NCBI GenBank assembly: GCA_963760795.1
Contig: CAVXEP010000014.1
Coordinates: 19,500 to 83,499, forward strand
DNA from: an uncultured delta proteobacterium
GTDB taxonomy: Bacteria > Desulfobacterota > Binatia > UBA9968
Direction of reading: 5' to 3'
DNA length: 64,000 nt
Part shown: positions 1-10,821 of the stretch, piece by piece
How the letters are laid out: each line of letters begins with the position of its first letter
How positions within the stretch are numbered: position 1 is the stretch's first letter
Made by a program: the position numbers and the translations under genes
The notes under the pieces: model-generated
The model's database searches: none
The model's input: only the letters and a program-made list of their open reading frames with translations
What the model was told of the DNA's origin: nothing

Positions 1-153
1 CGAGGTATCCTACGGAATGGTTAGGTTAAGTCAAGGTACAAAATTTGGCACACTGAGAATGTGCGCATGGCCAGGGGTTAATTCAAGCCCTGTGTTTCAA
101 AATTGCTATGAATTGACCTAATATCGCATAGTTGCCAATTGGAGGGATATGCC

Positions 154-1027
154 ATGCGAGTCGGAGTAGTGTTTCCGCAAACCGAAATCGGCGCTGATCC
201 ATACTATGTCAAGGACTACGCTCAGGCCGCCGAAGAGCTGGGCTTTGCCCATCTCCTAGCCTACGACCATGTGGTCGGCGCCAACCCGGCGAGCCGGCCC
301 AACTGGAAAGCGCCCTACAGTCACTTAGACATGTTCCACGAGCCGTTGGTTCTTTTCGGCTACCTCGCCGGCGTGACCAGGAAAATCGAATTTTGCACCG
401 GCATCGTCATCCTGCCGCAGCGCCAAACCGTCTTGGTCGCCAAACAAGCTGCCGCATTAGACGTCTTGAGCGGCGGTCGTTTGCGCTTCGGCATCGGTAT
501 CGGCTGGAACCCGGTGGAATATGAAGCCCTCGGCGAAGATTTCAAAAATCGCGGCCGCCGCTGCGAAGAGCAAATCGAAGTCATGCGCCAGCTCTGGACG
601 AATCCGACTGTGACGTTCGCAGGCCGCTGGCATAAGATCACTGACGCCGGAATTAACCCGCTCGCCCGTGCAGAGGCCGATCCCGATCTGGTTCGGCGGT
701 AGCGACGAGCGCGCGTTACGCCGGCTCGCGAGATTCGGTGACGGCTGGTTTCCACTAGTCGGACCCGATGAAAAATGCCGGGCGATGATCGATAAGATTC
801 GTGGTTACGCGCAGGAAGCCGGGCGCGACCCGCAAGCAGTCGGCATCGAAGGCCGCATATCCTACGGCCAAGGCGCATCGGAGGCTTGGCGCACAGATCT
901 AGCAGCATGGAACACCCTTGGCGCCACGCATGTGAGCTTCAACACCATGAAAGCGGGACTGAAATCGCCGTCAGCGCATATCGAAGCGCTGCGGCGATTT
1001 GCCAAAGCTATTGCCGCGACTTCGTAA
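154..1027 (+). CDS. LLM-class (probably F420-dependent) oxidoreductase, split by +1 frameshift near 665
   Basis: GGAGG RBS then ATG at 154. MRVGVVFPQTEIG..YDHVVG..LPQRQTVLVAKQAA.LDVLSGGR..GIGIGWN in ORF 139..702 continues as VQRPIPIWFGG..ARFGDGWFP in ORF 668..1027. Confidence 0.85.
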
Positions 1028-1087
1028 ATCGAGAGGCGAGTTTAATACCCGCGCTCCAAGTCAGAATTTTTTTTGCGTTCTACGCAG

Positions 1088-2162
1088 CTAACTGTTCTTC
1101 GCTAACTGCCGCACCGCCTCGAATGGATCGCCGCCTTTCGCCGCGGCTCGCTGTAACAGCTCGATGGTTTTGGCCAAGTCCCTGTCCGCCGATTCGTACA
1201 GTGACTCGAACAAGTCGAAATCTTTCAAATAAACGACATAGTGCATCAGCACAGCGTTATTGAGCACTTGCTGGCTGAAACCGCGGAAGCGGTGCGCCGG
1301 CCGATCGGCGATGCGTCGCGCCCATTCGGCCTTGCTGCGGGTAAATACCTCTTCGCGCAGGCGCAGTTTGTCTTGGCGCGAGAGATCGCTCTTGTACAAC
1401 ACCGTCAAGTCGCGCACGACTTCAGCGACAAAGGCGCCGAACTCGCGCTCTTCGGTCCACCACTGAAGCGCGCGCTTATGTTCAACGCTGTCGGTGCCGA
1501 ACTTGGCGCGAAAAAAATCGACGGCAGCGCGATGGCCGATGAAGTTGGCGGCGCTTTCGTTGAAAGCGCTCTTCCCCGCCAGGTACAGCGTGTTGTGAAA
1601 CAGTTCGTGAAAAACGATCTCGGCGAGGCCGACTTTGTCGTACTTGAGCAGATGGGATAGCAGCGGATCGTCGAACCAGCCAAGCGTGCTGAACGCCGCC
1701 GAGGTGCGCAGAACGGTGTCGTAGCCGTCGGCTTTTAAGCGCTCCATTTCTGCTTCTGCGTCAGGTTTCGAGAAGTAGCCTTTGTAAGGCACGTTGCCGA
1801 CGATCAGAAACCACCAGGTGTACGGTCGCAGCTCGGTCTTGGGCGCGGCAACAACAACATAAGTCAAATCGGGGCGGTCGACGTAGGAATAGCTCGCATA
1901 ACTGCCGCCGACGTTGAACTTGAGGACATCGCGCGCATATTCGCGCACCGCTAGAACGGTTTTCAGCTTCTCCTGAGTCTCGGCGGCTGACCTCCGGCTT
2001 CTGGATGTAATCGGCAATCGATTCGCGCCGCCAGAGAATTTTCCCCTCTTCATAGGCGGCGCGTATAACGTAGACGGGCGAGCAGGCGGAAAGCAAAGCC
2101 GAAAGAACAAGGGTCAGAACGAGCAAGATACTGACAGGCAAGAGTTTATACGGCGCAAGCAC
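1088..2162 (-). CDS. Putative zinc aminopeptidase lipoprotein, frameshift near 1990
   Basis: Lipobox LSAC in ORF 1761..2321 joins ORF 1088..2110 with WWF..VG.VPYKGYF, AFSTLGWFDDP, HELFH (HExxH) and FNES.A motifs. GTG start at 2162 is a guess, just downstream of TGGTATAAT. Confidence 0.75.
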
Positions 2163-2349
2163 AGGCGAAATTATACCACTCCATCGCAAAAGGAAAAATC
2201 TCTCTGATCCGATACCCATCCAGGAACGCAGCGGAGGACCCCTCGTAAGCGACCTTTGCCACTTTTTGCAGGCACACCATATCAGGCGTTGGTTATCTGC
2301 TTTCGTCTTTCGCCAACTCATTCATGGTCGGCACCGTATCGTTCTTCTC

Positions 2350-3466
2350 TTACTCCCCCAATTTATACAACCGCGCCGCATTTTCCCCAAGTATCCGTTT
2401 CTTCGCTACGGCAGTCATTTCCGCCTTCTGGATCGGCGCGACGGTGTTGGGCCATTTGCTGTCGGGGTGGGGGTAGTCGGAGGCGTACATGATGCATTGG
2501 TCGCCGACGGAACTGACGACATAGGGCAAGGTTTTTTCACCGGGCTCGCAGGAGACGATCATCCGGCCGGAGGTGAAAAGATCGCTGGGCTTGGTTCTCT
2601 TTCCCAGATATCTTCCGCCGCAGCAGACCGTCGTAAATCGCCGGTTCATGCTCGCCGCGTTCGTGCAGATCGTCGAGCCGTTCGAGCCAATAGGGCAGCC
2701 AGCCGCAGCCGGTTTCCAACAAACCGAAGCGCAACTTGGGAAACAAGTCGGCAATGCCGCCGGCGATGAGCGACACCAACGCCACCGTCAGTGTCAGCGG
2801 CATAGCGACGGCCTTGGAGCCGAAGAAGTGATCGAACAAGTCTGCGCCCACCGTCGGATACATGCCGGTGACCGTGTGGATACCGACGCCGACGTCGCAT
2901 TTCTCAACTCTTTCCCAAAACGGGTAGAGATCGGGATGATCGAGGGTGCGCGTGCCGACGGTGCCGGGCACCATGACGCCGACGGCGCCTAATTGGGTCG
3001 CGGCGTATTCGACTTCGTCGGCCGCGGCAAGCGGATCTTGCAACGCGACCACCGCCGCGTAACGCAACCGGCCTTGCGACTCGGCGCAGCGGTCCGACAT
3101 CCAGCGGTTGTAAGCGCGCGCTACCGCCGTGGCGAGCGCGGCGTCGTCGAAACTATTGATCGACATCAAGACGTTGGGATAGATCACCTGAACGTCGATG
3201 CCTTCCCTGTCGAGATCGGCCAAGCGTCCGGCGATATTTTCCATGCCGAAGGACTGGCAACCCGCGAGCCGGCGACTGCCGATGCTCAGCGGTGTCCCCG
3301 GTCCCCAGCCCGACGGTTTGATGATCACCCGTCCTTCGATGATGTAAACCCCGCGCCCGTCGTCCAGTTCGACATAACGCGGCCGCTTGGCGCGAAACGC
3401 CGGATCGAGATATTCGTCGAACACGACATTAGAAACATGCGTATGGCCATCGGCATCGATAATCAT
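2350..3466 (-). CDS. Amidohydrolase family protein (amidohydro_2), frameshift near 2605
   Basis: IIDADGH N-terminus, D.EGIDVQV.YP, LETGCGWLPYWLERLD. C-terminal YASDYPHPD..KRILGENAARLY lies in the overlapping frame 2350..2754. Confidence 0.85.
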
Positions 3467-3496
3467 TCTTCGCTCCCTTCGGTCGCTGAGATCGTA

Positions 3497-3586
3497 AGGG
3501 GTAAATCGTTAGGGGTGAGGTTCGATCCGGACTCCTGACTTCCGACCTCTGATTTCTGGCTCCTTACTCCTTACCCCTCACTCCTC
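3497..3586. repeat. Heptamer-period inverted short repeats
   Basis: aggggtaaatcgttaggggtgag ... ctcctga cttccga cctctga tttctgg ctcctta ctcctta cccctca ctcctca. Confidence 0.6.
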
Positions 3587-4565
3587 ACTTCTTAAGTTGA
3601 TCCAGCTCCCGCACCACTTCCGTGGTCACGCTCCAGTCGACGATATCGCTGGGCTTGATAGTGCCGGCTTTTTGTTTGGTGCTGCGCAACGTGGTCTCGA
3701 TGAAATCCACCACCGCTTCGTCGGTGGTTCGGCCGGTGTCGCGGAAGGATTTCACCATCTGCGTGATCGAAAGGCGCGCTTCCTTGTCATTTAAATTGAG
3801 AAACTGCTTGGCGAACGCCTCGGCTTCGCCGCGGTTGGCAGCGATGTAGCGGCGGATGCGTTCCAGGCCGCGCACGATCGCTTTCACCTCGGCGCGGTCC
3901 TGCGCCAGTTTTTTCTTGCTCGTCGCCAGGCCGGAGAACGGCATATCGAAAATCTCCGACGAATCGAACAAGCGGTTGGCGCCCTCCAGCTCGGCCTTGA
4001 TGTCGTAGGGCGGCCCCAAGATCGCGCTGTCGATGGTGCCGGCGGTGAGCGCGGAATAAAGTGTCCGGCTATCGCCGATCTGCAGCAGCGTCACCTGCTT
4101 TTCGGCATCGAGTCCGTGATGCTTGAGTATCAATCGAGCCGCCAGATCATAGGCGCCGCCGAACACGCTGATACCCACCGTCTTGCCCTTCAGATCGGCG
4201 ACCTGTTTGTACTTGGCCTGAGAGACTAAGTACATCTGCGCCTTGAACATCGAGTAGATGCCGATCACCGGCGCGCCGGCGATGGCGGCGCGCAGCGTGC
4301 CGCCCATGGCCGCGGAGTAATCGACGTCGCCGCTCATCAGCCCCTTGGCGGCGATGCTGGTCGACATGTAAATCATCTTCACGTCCAAGTTGGCTTCCTT
4401 GAAAAATCCCTTGCGGCTCGCCCAGGCGAACGGCATCTCGGCGATGGTCCGCCCGGAGTAGCCGATCACCGCGTCGCGCGCCTGCGTGTCATGGGAAAGC
4501 CCGAGCAACAAGACAAGAATGATGAGGAGCAGATCTCTTTGAGAACGAAAGCATGACACCTCCAA
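3585..4565 (-). CDS. ABC-type substrate-binding protein, SsuA/NMT1 family
   Basis: Signal peptide, KGFFKEANLDV, DLKGKTVGIS..GG, AL.AG.IDSAIL.PP. Confidence 0.85.
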   Translation of the reverse strand: MEVSCFRSQRDLLLIILVLLLGLSHDTQARDAVIGYSGRTIAEMPFAWASRKGFFKEANLDVKMIYMSTSIAAKGLMSGDVDYSAAMGGTLRAAIAGAPVIGIYSMFKAQMYLVSQAKYKQVADLKGKTVGISVFGGAYDLAARLILKHHGLDAEKQVTLLQIGDSRTLYSALTAGTIDSAILGPPYDIKAELEGANRLFDSSEIFDMPFSGLATSKKKLAQDRAEVKAIVRGLERIRRYIAANRGEAEAFAKQFLNLNDKEARLSITQMVKSFRDTGRTTDEAVVDFIETTLRSTKQKAGTIKPSDIVDWSVTTEVVRELDQLKK

Positions 4566-4590
4566 TGAGTAGTAGGTTACCGAATAATCT

Positions 4591-4731
4591 TCTCGGAGTC
4601 CTTCGACAAGTTCAGGACGATCGGCAATAGTCCTGAATTGACAAAAACCAGCCGTTCATGCTGACACCTCGACAGCTCGGGACAAAGGCTGTCGAGGGTG
4701 CCTGCCCTGAGGCCCCCTGAAGGGTCGAACC
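4591..4731. repeat. REP-like palindromic element (CCTTCGACAAGxTCAGGACG family) with internal inserted hairpin
   Basis: ttctcggagtccttcgacaagttcaggacgatcgg...ccgttcatgctga...aggctgtcga; an inverted copy lies at 6581-6668. Confidence 0.6.
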
Positions 4732-4844
4732 GTTCCAAGCTCCACTCATTTAGCAAACGGCCTGACAAGACTGCAAACCAAATCGCCGACGCGAGAGCGG
4801 CGCTGCAGCGATTGCCAAACCGTTGAATGATTCCACACTTCGCC

Positions 4845-4874
4845 TTGACAGTGGAAAAACCTCCCGTATAAGAT
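4845..4874 (+). promoter_or_regulatory. Putative sigma70 promoter of thiolase operon
   Basis: TTGACA at 4845, TATAAG/TAAGAT 16-18 bp downstream. Confidence 0.55.
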
Positions 4875-4966
4875 CGCGCCAACAAGAAAATTGGCATCGC
4901 ACTGAAAAACACTCTGATCGGTTCATTGCCAAGTATGCCTTTTAAAAAGTCGACGAAAGGAAAATC

Positions 4967-6121
4967 ATGACGAACCTCAGTGGCAAATGCGCCATCGTAG
5001 GAATGGGCGAGACCGTGGTGGGAAAGCGTCCCGACGCCACCACCAACTCGCTCCATCTTGAAGCGATCAAGGCCTGCCTCGACGACGCTGGCATCAAAGC
5101 ATCCCAGGTCGACGGCCTGTTGACCAACCAACCGCTCAACGACGCGCACCGCAGTTACGCCACCAAGCTCTCGCATATGGCCGGCATCGATCCGCTGTTC
5201 GCCACCGATCTCGCGCTCGGCGGCGCGACGCCCATCGCCATGGTCCAGCATGCGGCGATGGCGATCGAAGCCGGCATGGCGACCACCGTCGTCTGCGTCC
5301 ATGCGCGCAAGCGCTCCACCGCCGATCCGACGCCCGGTCATCCGATCCGGCGCGGCGACGAGCATTGGGAGGAGCCCTGGGGCCACTTCGCCGCCGCCGG
5401 CGGCCACGCCTTTGCGGCGCAGCGCCACATGTATGAGTTCGGCACCACCAGCGAAGACCTCGCCCATGTCGCGGTGTCGACGCGCTACCACGCGAGCCTC
5501 AACAAGAACGCCACGCTGCGCAAACCCATGACCATCGAGGAGCACCAGCAGTCGCGCATGATCGTCGCGCCGCTGCGCTTGTTCGATTGCTCGCTGGAAT
5601 CCGACGGCGGCGGCGCCGTGTTGGTGACCAGCGCCGAGCGGGCGCGGGATTTCCCCAAGAAAGCGGTGGCGATCTTGGGCATGGGGCAGCATCACCCGCA
5701 CTTCAGCCTGCTCGATGCGCCGACGCTGACGACTCTCGGCGGCAAGAAATCTTCTGAGGCGGCTTACCGCATGGCGGGGATGAAACCTAAAGATATGCAG
5801 TTCGCGCAGATCTACGATTGTTTCACGATCACGGCGATGATCACGCTGGAAGATTACGGCTTCTGTAAAAAAGGCGAAGGCAAGGACTTCGTCAAGAACG
5901 GACGGATTACTCTCGGCGGCCAACTGCCGCTCAACACCCACGGCGGCTTGTTATCGCAAGCCCATCTTGAAGGCCAGCTGCACATCACCGAGGCGGTCAA
6001 ACAACTGCGCGGCAACGAAGTCGAGCCGGAACGGCAGGTGGCAAACGCTAAAGTCGGCATCGTCAGCGGCCATGGCGGCAGCCTTTCTATGCATGCAACG
6101 ATGATCTTGGGGGCATTATGA
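4967..6121 (+). CDS. SCP-x/Ltp2-type thiolase-family protein
   Basis: AIVGMGET, PLRLFDCSLESDGGGA, IYDCF, PLNTHGGLLS; the usual N-terminal Cys position reads GGAT. Confidence 0.9.
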   Translation: MTNLSGKCAIVGMGETVVGKRPDATTNSLHLEAIKACLDDAGIKASQVDGLLTNQPLNDAHRSYATKLSHMAGIDPLFATDLALGGATPIAMVQHAAMAIEAGMATTVVCVHARKRSTADPTPGHPIRRGDEHWEEPWGHFAAAGGHAFAAQRHMYEFGTTSEDLAHVAVSTRYHASLNKNATLRKPMTIEEHQQSRMIVAPLRLFDCSLESDGGGAVLVTSAERARDFPKKAVAILGMGQHHPHFSLLDAPTLTTLGGKKSSEAAYRMAGMKPKDMQFAQIYDCFTITAMITLEDYGFCKKGEGKDFVKNGRITLGGQLPLNTHGGLLSQAHLEGQLHITEAVKQLRGNEVEPERQVANAKVGIVSGHGGSLSMHATMILGAL

Positions 6122-6549
6122 GCAAAGACGAACGCGGGCGCGCCGCGCGCCGAGGACAACCCTATCTCGAAGAGCCTGACGCCAAACCGTTTTGGGCCAA
6201 TTTGCGGGAACACAAACTAACCGCCCAACGCTGCTCGTCATGCCAGAAAATATTTGGCTTCCCGCCGCAGTCGCACTGTCCGCATTGCCTGGCGAACGAC
6301 TATGAATGGGTGCCACTGAGCGGCAAGGGAACAATCTATTCCCATATCGCCTACCACCGCGCTTGGCATCCGGCGTACCAGGACAAGGTTCCCTACAACG
6401 TGTCGCTGGTCGACCTCGACGAAGGCGGACGGCTGGTGACCAACGTGGTCGGCTGCCCACCGGAAGAAGTCAAGATCGGCATGAACGTCGAAGTGATCTT
6501 CGAGGACCTGCCGGACTATACGCTGCCGAAGTTTCAGCCGGTGAAATGA
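6118..6549 (+). CDS. DUF35 Zn-ribbon/OB-fold protein
   Basis: CSSC..CPHC, SGKGTIYS, VDLDEGGRLVTNVVG; start overlaps the thiolase stop (ATGA). Confidence 0.9.
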   Translation: MSKDERGRAARRGQPYLEEPDAKPFWANLREHKLTAQRCSSCQKIFGFPPQSHCPHCLANDYEWVPLSGKGTIYSHIAYHRAWHPAYQDKVPYNVSLVDLDEGGRLVTNVVGCPPEEVKIGMNVEVIFEDLPDYTLPKFQPVK

Positions 6550-6580
6550 GCCGAGTGGATTGCAGAAAAAAGTTCGGAAC

Positions 6581-6797
6581 GCATCGACAGCCTCAGCATG
6601 ATCGGAAAATCCACAAGGACATCAAAACCCTCCGTTCGTCCTGAGCATTGTCGAAGAATTCCGAGAGAGATTTTCAGCATCCTGAATGCTGGTTCAGCTG
6701 GTCTAGATTCCCTCTCGGAGTTTATCCCGGCGCAGCCGCAGGATTCGGGATGACGGCAACTCGCGATCTGTCATTTCGAGCGCAGCGAGAAATCTTT
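6581..6797. repeat. Two adjacent palindromic elements (CCTTCGACA family copy; GTCATT..GAG..AATCT family)
   Basis: ccgttcgtcctgagcattgtcgaagaattccgagag (inverse of 4591) followed by agattccctc...cgggatgac...gtcatttcgagcgcagcgagaaatct. Confidence 0.55.
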
Positions 6798-6855
6798 CTT
6801 ACTGCCTGCAATCAAGTGGAACTCAATCTCAACCATGAACCCCATTGACGCAGGC

Positions 6856-7941
6856 TTACTTTCTCTCCTGCTCGATAAATTGCCTGATGAATTTGGCTAA
6901 GTCAGGAGAAATCCCCGTGGCGCGTTGATAAAGCCGTTCGCCGCTCGCGCCCATTTCAAACCTCGGGCGAAAGCGCATCACCTTCACCGCATCGGCGAGA
7001 TATTCTTCGTCCTTCGATAGCGACGCAGCGGCTTGCTTCAGCGCGGCTACCGCCTCCTTGGGCGCGCCGGGCGGCAGTAATATCGCCCGGGTCATGTTGG
7101 TGCCGGCGATGTTGGCCGCCTTCAAAGCTTCGTACTTGATGCCGGAAGGCGGCTTGCCCAAGACTTGCGTGTAAAATTTCGTGAACGACAGCAGCTCTGG
7201 AACATCCGGACTATCGGCGACACCGCCGTCAGCATCGATCAAGTCCGCGTGGTACAGCGCCGTCACTTGGCCGGGTTTTACCATGTTGGGCTCCACCTGC
7301 GATCGGTACGCCGGCAGGGTTTCGTCATGATACTGCACTTCGTTGCGCTGCACCGCCAATCGGGCGTCGGCGCTGGAGTTGTAACCGGTCACATAGTCGT
7401 ACTGCAAACCGAGAAGATCGAACGATAGTCGAAACGCCACGTCCTTGAAACTATCGTTGCTCAGGCCGCCGGCTTTGAACCGTTGGGCCTTTAGAAGATC
7501 GCCGGGCTTCTTGATGCCGGGAGCGACATCCGAGCGAATATAAGACACGGTGACTCCCTGGATTCCCGAAATGAAAGCGTATTTCGACAGGTCGGTACGC
7601 AGCGCGGGGTTTTTCACCTGCTGATGAAACAGCGCGCCGGTGAAGTAGCCCATGGTCAGCCCGTCGGCTTTGGCGACTTGTCCCAAGAAGTTGGTGCCAA
7701 TGATGCCGCCCGCGCCAGAAATATTTTGCACGATGACATTCGGTTGTCCCGCCACATGTCTGCCAAGATGGCGCGCCAAGAGCCGGCCCTCGACATCGGT
7801 GGGCCCGCCGGCGGCATAATTGATCAAAACGATGAGGGTCTTGCCCTCGTAGAAGGGTTTCTCGGCGGCTAAACTTTGCGTAACCCACGCAATGTAAACG
7901 CCGATAACCAACAAGCGAAGACGTAATGAATGATGCTTCAT
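6856..7941 (-). CDS. TctC/Bug-family tripartite tricarboxylate transporter substrate-binding protein
   Basis: PFYEGKTL..INYAAGGPTDV.GR..ARHL...V.GQPNVIVQN..GAGG. Confidence 0.85.
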   Translation of the reverse strand: MKHHSLRLRLLVIGVYIAWVTQSLAAEKPFYEGKTLIVLINYAAGGPTDVEGRLLARHLGRHVAGQPNVIVQNISGAGGIIGTNFLGQVAKADGLTMGYFTGALFHQQVKNPALRTDLSKYAFISGIQGVTVSYIRSDVAPGIKKPGDLLKAQRFKAGGLSNDSFKDVAFRLSFDLLGLQYDYVTGYNSSADARLAVQRNEVQYHDETLPAYRSQVEPNMVKPGQVTALYHADLIDADGGVADSPDVPELLSFTKFYTQVLGKPPSGIKYEALKAANIAGTNMTRAILLPPGAPKEAVAALKQAAASLSKDEEYLADAVKVMRFRPRFEMGASGERLYQRATGISPDLAKFIRQFIEQERK

Positions 7942-7987
7942 TCCCTACTCCTCTTTTTTACGGGATCAATTCCCCGCAGCTCGCAGT

Positions 7988-9055
7988 TTATCGCACAGGC
8001 AGCGGCTCGACACCGGAGAACTTCTTCAACAAATCGACGACCTCGGCATCGCGAGGCATTTCCTGAATCACTTTGGCAAGCTCTTCGGGCATCAGCGGTG
8101 AAGCATCGTCGTTGGCGAGCTTCTTGAACTCAGCGCGAAACTCGGGATCCTTGAACACTTTGCGCATGGCGTCTTGCAGGATCTCCACGCGATCCTTCGG
8201 CGTCCCCGGCGGCAACACGAACGGCGACGTCGCCGTTCGAAAGCTGCGCCACATGGTCAGCAGCTTTCGCTCTCTATCGGTTTTGGCGAAACTCTCGATC
8301 TCCGGCAGTTGCGCCAGGCGCGGGTGCGGTGGCTTGTCGTCTTTCGGCACGGCGATGATCGCGTGAAAATCCATAATGCCCTTGTCGATCCAGTCGCGAT
8401 TGCGGGTCAGGACCGAAGTCACGTTATTCGAGCGCGAATCGATCTCGCCGTTGCGCAACGCCACGTCCGCTTCCAGCGAACTATAGCCGGTGACGAACTT
8501 AGGCGCTTTAATATCGAGAAAGTACGCGAACAGCCGAGCCGAAACATACGCCACCGCGCCCACCTCCTGGGCGCCGAGGCGAAGCCCGCTCGCCGCGCGC
8601 AGCTTGTCCAGTGAATTGAGACCCAACTCCCGCCGCGTGTAGATGACGTTATGGTTCTCGCTCACCGGCGTGCCGAGATAGATAAACTTGTCGATATCAT
8701 ACATGACACCGGTCTCTTTCATGACCTGAAGGCCGATCATCGCGCTGCTGAGCGCGCCGACGGTCAGACCGTCCGGCTTGGCGTTTTGAAAAACCTGGTT
8801 GGCCGCCCGGCGTCCGCCGCCGCCTTCGACGAACTCGATAAGCAACGTTGGATTGCCAGGAATATATTTGCGCAGGTAGGTCATCACGACCTTGACCCGC
8901 AGCCCCGCGGTGCCGCCGGGGTCGTTATTGATGATCTTGATTGTCTTGCCCTGAAAAAATGGCGCTTGGGAATGAACCGATGGCGGAGCAACCGCAAGCA
9001 GATACAAGATGCCGAAAAAGAATGTCGGAAACATTTTTTTCGATCTCATGCACAC
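7988..9055 (-). CDS. TctC/Bug-family substrate-binding protein
   Basis: PFFQGKTIKII...PGG, KYIPGNPT, AKPDGLT, PPGTPKDRV.IL. Confidence 0.85.
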   Translation of the reverse strand: MCMRSKKMFPTFFFGILYLLAVAPPSVHSQAPFFQGKTIKIINNDPGGTAGLRVKVVMTYLRKYIPGNPTLLIEFVEGGGGRRAANQVFQNAKPDGLTVGALSSAMIGLQVMKETGVMYDIDKFIYLGTPVSENHNVIYTRRELGLNSLDKLRAASGLRLGAQEVGAVAYVSARLFAYFLDIKAPKFVTGYSSLEADVALRNGEIDSRSNNVTSVLTRNRDWIDKGIMDFHAIIAVPKDDKPPHPRLAQLPEIESFAKTDRERKLLTMWRSFRTATSPFVLPPGTPKDRVEILQDAMRKVFKDPEFRAEFKKLANDDASPLMPEELAKVIQEMPRDAEVVDLLKKFSGVEPLPVR

Positions 9056-9151
9056 CTCCGGGATTCAAGAATCATCTGAATCATCACGGGTCAACCAGCC
9101 TCACCGGACAAAGCCAGTCGCTCCGGTGGATTATCGAGACGATGGGTTCGA

Positions 9152-10168
9152 CTATCTTCCGCCGTACAACTTGGCTATGAAACCCTCGCCTTCCAGCTCG
9201 CCGATCAGACTACGGTCGATAAAATCTTCCGCCCTCAGTTGGCCGGCCTGGGGGACCGTGGCAGCGAGTTGTTTCAACGCCACGGCCATTACCTTTGCGT
9301 CCGGTGCGGGAATCTTCTCTTGCACGTCTTTGTAAACCTCAAAGGTTCGGTCGAGGATATCGCGGTCGGCCGTCTTGAGAAATTTTTGCAGCACTCTGAC
9401 GGTGAGCCCTTTGTCAGTGCGCGCCGTCTTGATACCCTCGATCCAGCCGCGCAAAAATCTTTTCAGCACTTCGCGCTTCGCCTGAACAAACGCTTTGCTC
9501 ACCACGATGGTGCTGCCGGGATATTGAATCGGCAGCTGGCTAAGATCGATCACCGTATGGAAGCCCAACTTTTCTGCGTGAAACGCCGTGTCGCCGGTAA
9601 GGATCGCGCCGTCCACGGCGCCCGCTTTCAACGCGCCGAGCCTTTCGGGAAGACCGCCGGTCTGCATGATCGCGACATCGCGGTCGGGAGTTAAGTTGAA
9701 GTGACGCAACGCATCCCGCAGCACTAAATCGGAGAGCGATCCGTAGCGGTCGCTACCCACCCGTTTGCCTTTCAGATCCTCCGGTTTCTTGATCGCCCCG
9801 CGGCTCATGACGACATGGAGTAGGCGATTGGAAGTCACACCCACCGCCACCAGCTCGGCGCCGCGCGCCCAGGCGGTGAGGGCGGGGGCTGAACTCATGT
9901 TGGCGATCTCCACCTGCCCGGATAACAGCGCCGGCACGATGATTGACCCCGCGGAGATATAAACCGGCTGGATTTCCAGGCCGTATTTTTTGAAATAACC
10001 GGCCTGCTCGGCAATCCACAGTGGCGCATAGGTCGGTGACAGCGCCGCATAGGGCACTTTCATGCTCTGCGCAAAGAGCGACGGCGGCGCGGAAACAAAC
10101 AGGTATGAAACCAGAACGGTGAGTAATTCGAGCTTGCGTCGCGGCCCCATGATCGATCGAGCTTTCAA
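9152..10168 (-). CDS. ABC-type substrate-binding protein, SsuA/NMT1 family
   Basis: PLWIAEQAGYFKKYGL, EDLKGKRVG..RYGS, FIDRSLI.ELE.EGFI.KLY. Confidence 0.88.
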   Translation of the reverse strand: MKARSIMGPRRKLELLTVLVSYLFVSAPPSLFAQSMKVPYAALSPTYAPLWIAEQAGYFKKYGLEIQPVYISAGSIIVPALLSGQVEIANMSSAPALTAWARGAELVAVGVTSNRLLHVVMSRGAIKKPEDLKGKRVGSDRYGSLSDLVLRDALRHFNLTPDRDVAIMQTGGLPERLGALKAGAVDGAILTGDTAFHAEKLGFHTVIDLSQLPIQYPGSTIVVSKAFVQAKREVLKRFLRGWIEGIKTARTDKGLTVRVLQKFLKTADRDILDRTFEVYKDVQEKIPAPDAKVMAVALKQLAATVPQAGQLRAEDFIDRSLIGELEGEGFIAKLYGGR

Positions 10169-10776
10169 GCCCCGGCAGTCCTAAGCTGCGCGACTGGCGC
10201 GTCTACGAATAATTGCAGCTGGTCGGATCGCGACACCGTCACGTTGAAGTTGTACGCGTTGGAGCGGAACTGCGCCAACGCGAAAGGCTGGGAGTGCGCG
10301 GCGACGCCGTGGATGCAGTCTTCCGGCACGATCGTGTAATAATTGCGGATGTGAAATCCGATCACCGCGTGATAGACGCAGTTGCTCGAACCGATGCCGG
10401 TGACGATCACCGTGTCACGGCAGGCGCGCAGGTCAAGCTTGTCGAGCACCGTCTCCATGCTCGTCTTGTAGAAACAGTCGTGCGAAGTCTTCTGCACCAC
10501 CGTCTCGCCCGGCAGCGGTCTTAATTCCTCGACGAAATCGGCGCCCGGGCTGCCCAAGATCAAACCATAGGGCCGGCCGAATACGGTAAACTCCGGATGA
10601 TCCTTGGTCCGCACCGATTGGACATGAATGATCTTGCCGTTAATCGCGCGGAAGCGGTCGAGCAAGGCGCGAATATTGGCGATGACCGGTTTCATCTCTG
10701 GGCCATGGCGTTCGCAGCCTTCCACTTGCATGTCGACGATCACCAATCCGGTGGATTCGGGATTTAAATCGATCAT
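10165..10776 (-). CDS. Isochorismatase-family cysteine hydrolase
   Basis: LVIVDMQ, K..HDCF, TGIGSSNCV; ATG at 10776. Confidence 0.88.
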   Translation of the reverse strand: MIDLNPESTGLVIVDMQVEGCERHGPEMKPVIANIRALLDRFRAINGKIIHVQSVRTKDHPEFTVFGRPYGLILGSPGADFVEELRPLPGETVVQKTSHDCFYKTSMETVLDKLDLRACRDTVIVTGIGSSNCVYHAVIGFHIRNYYTIVPEDCIHGVAAHSQPFALAQFRSNAYNFNVTVSRSDQLQLFVDAPVAQLRTAGA

Positions 10777-10821
10777 TTCTTCGATCCTCCTGGCGCGCTC
10801 TACGGACAATCTGTCTTGAAA

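Noticed and set aside
4577-5941. Long antisense or alternate-frame ORFs (e.g. 4577..5941, 23443..24411, 38802..39893, 42044..43171, 55850..57043)
   Set aside because: These are shadow ORFs of real genes in high-GC DNA, with Arg/Ala-rich composition and no recognisable motifs.
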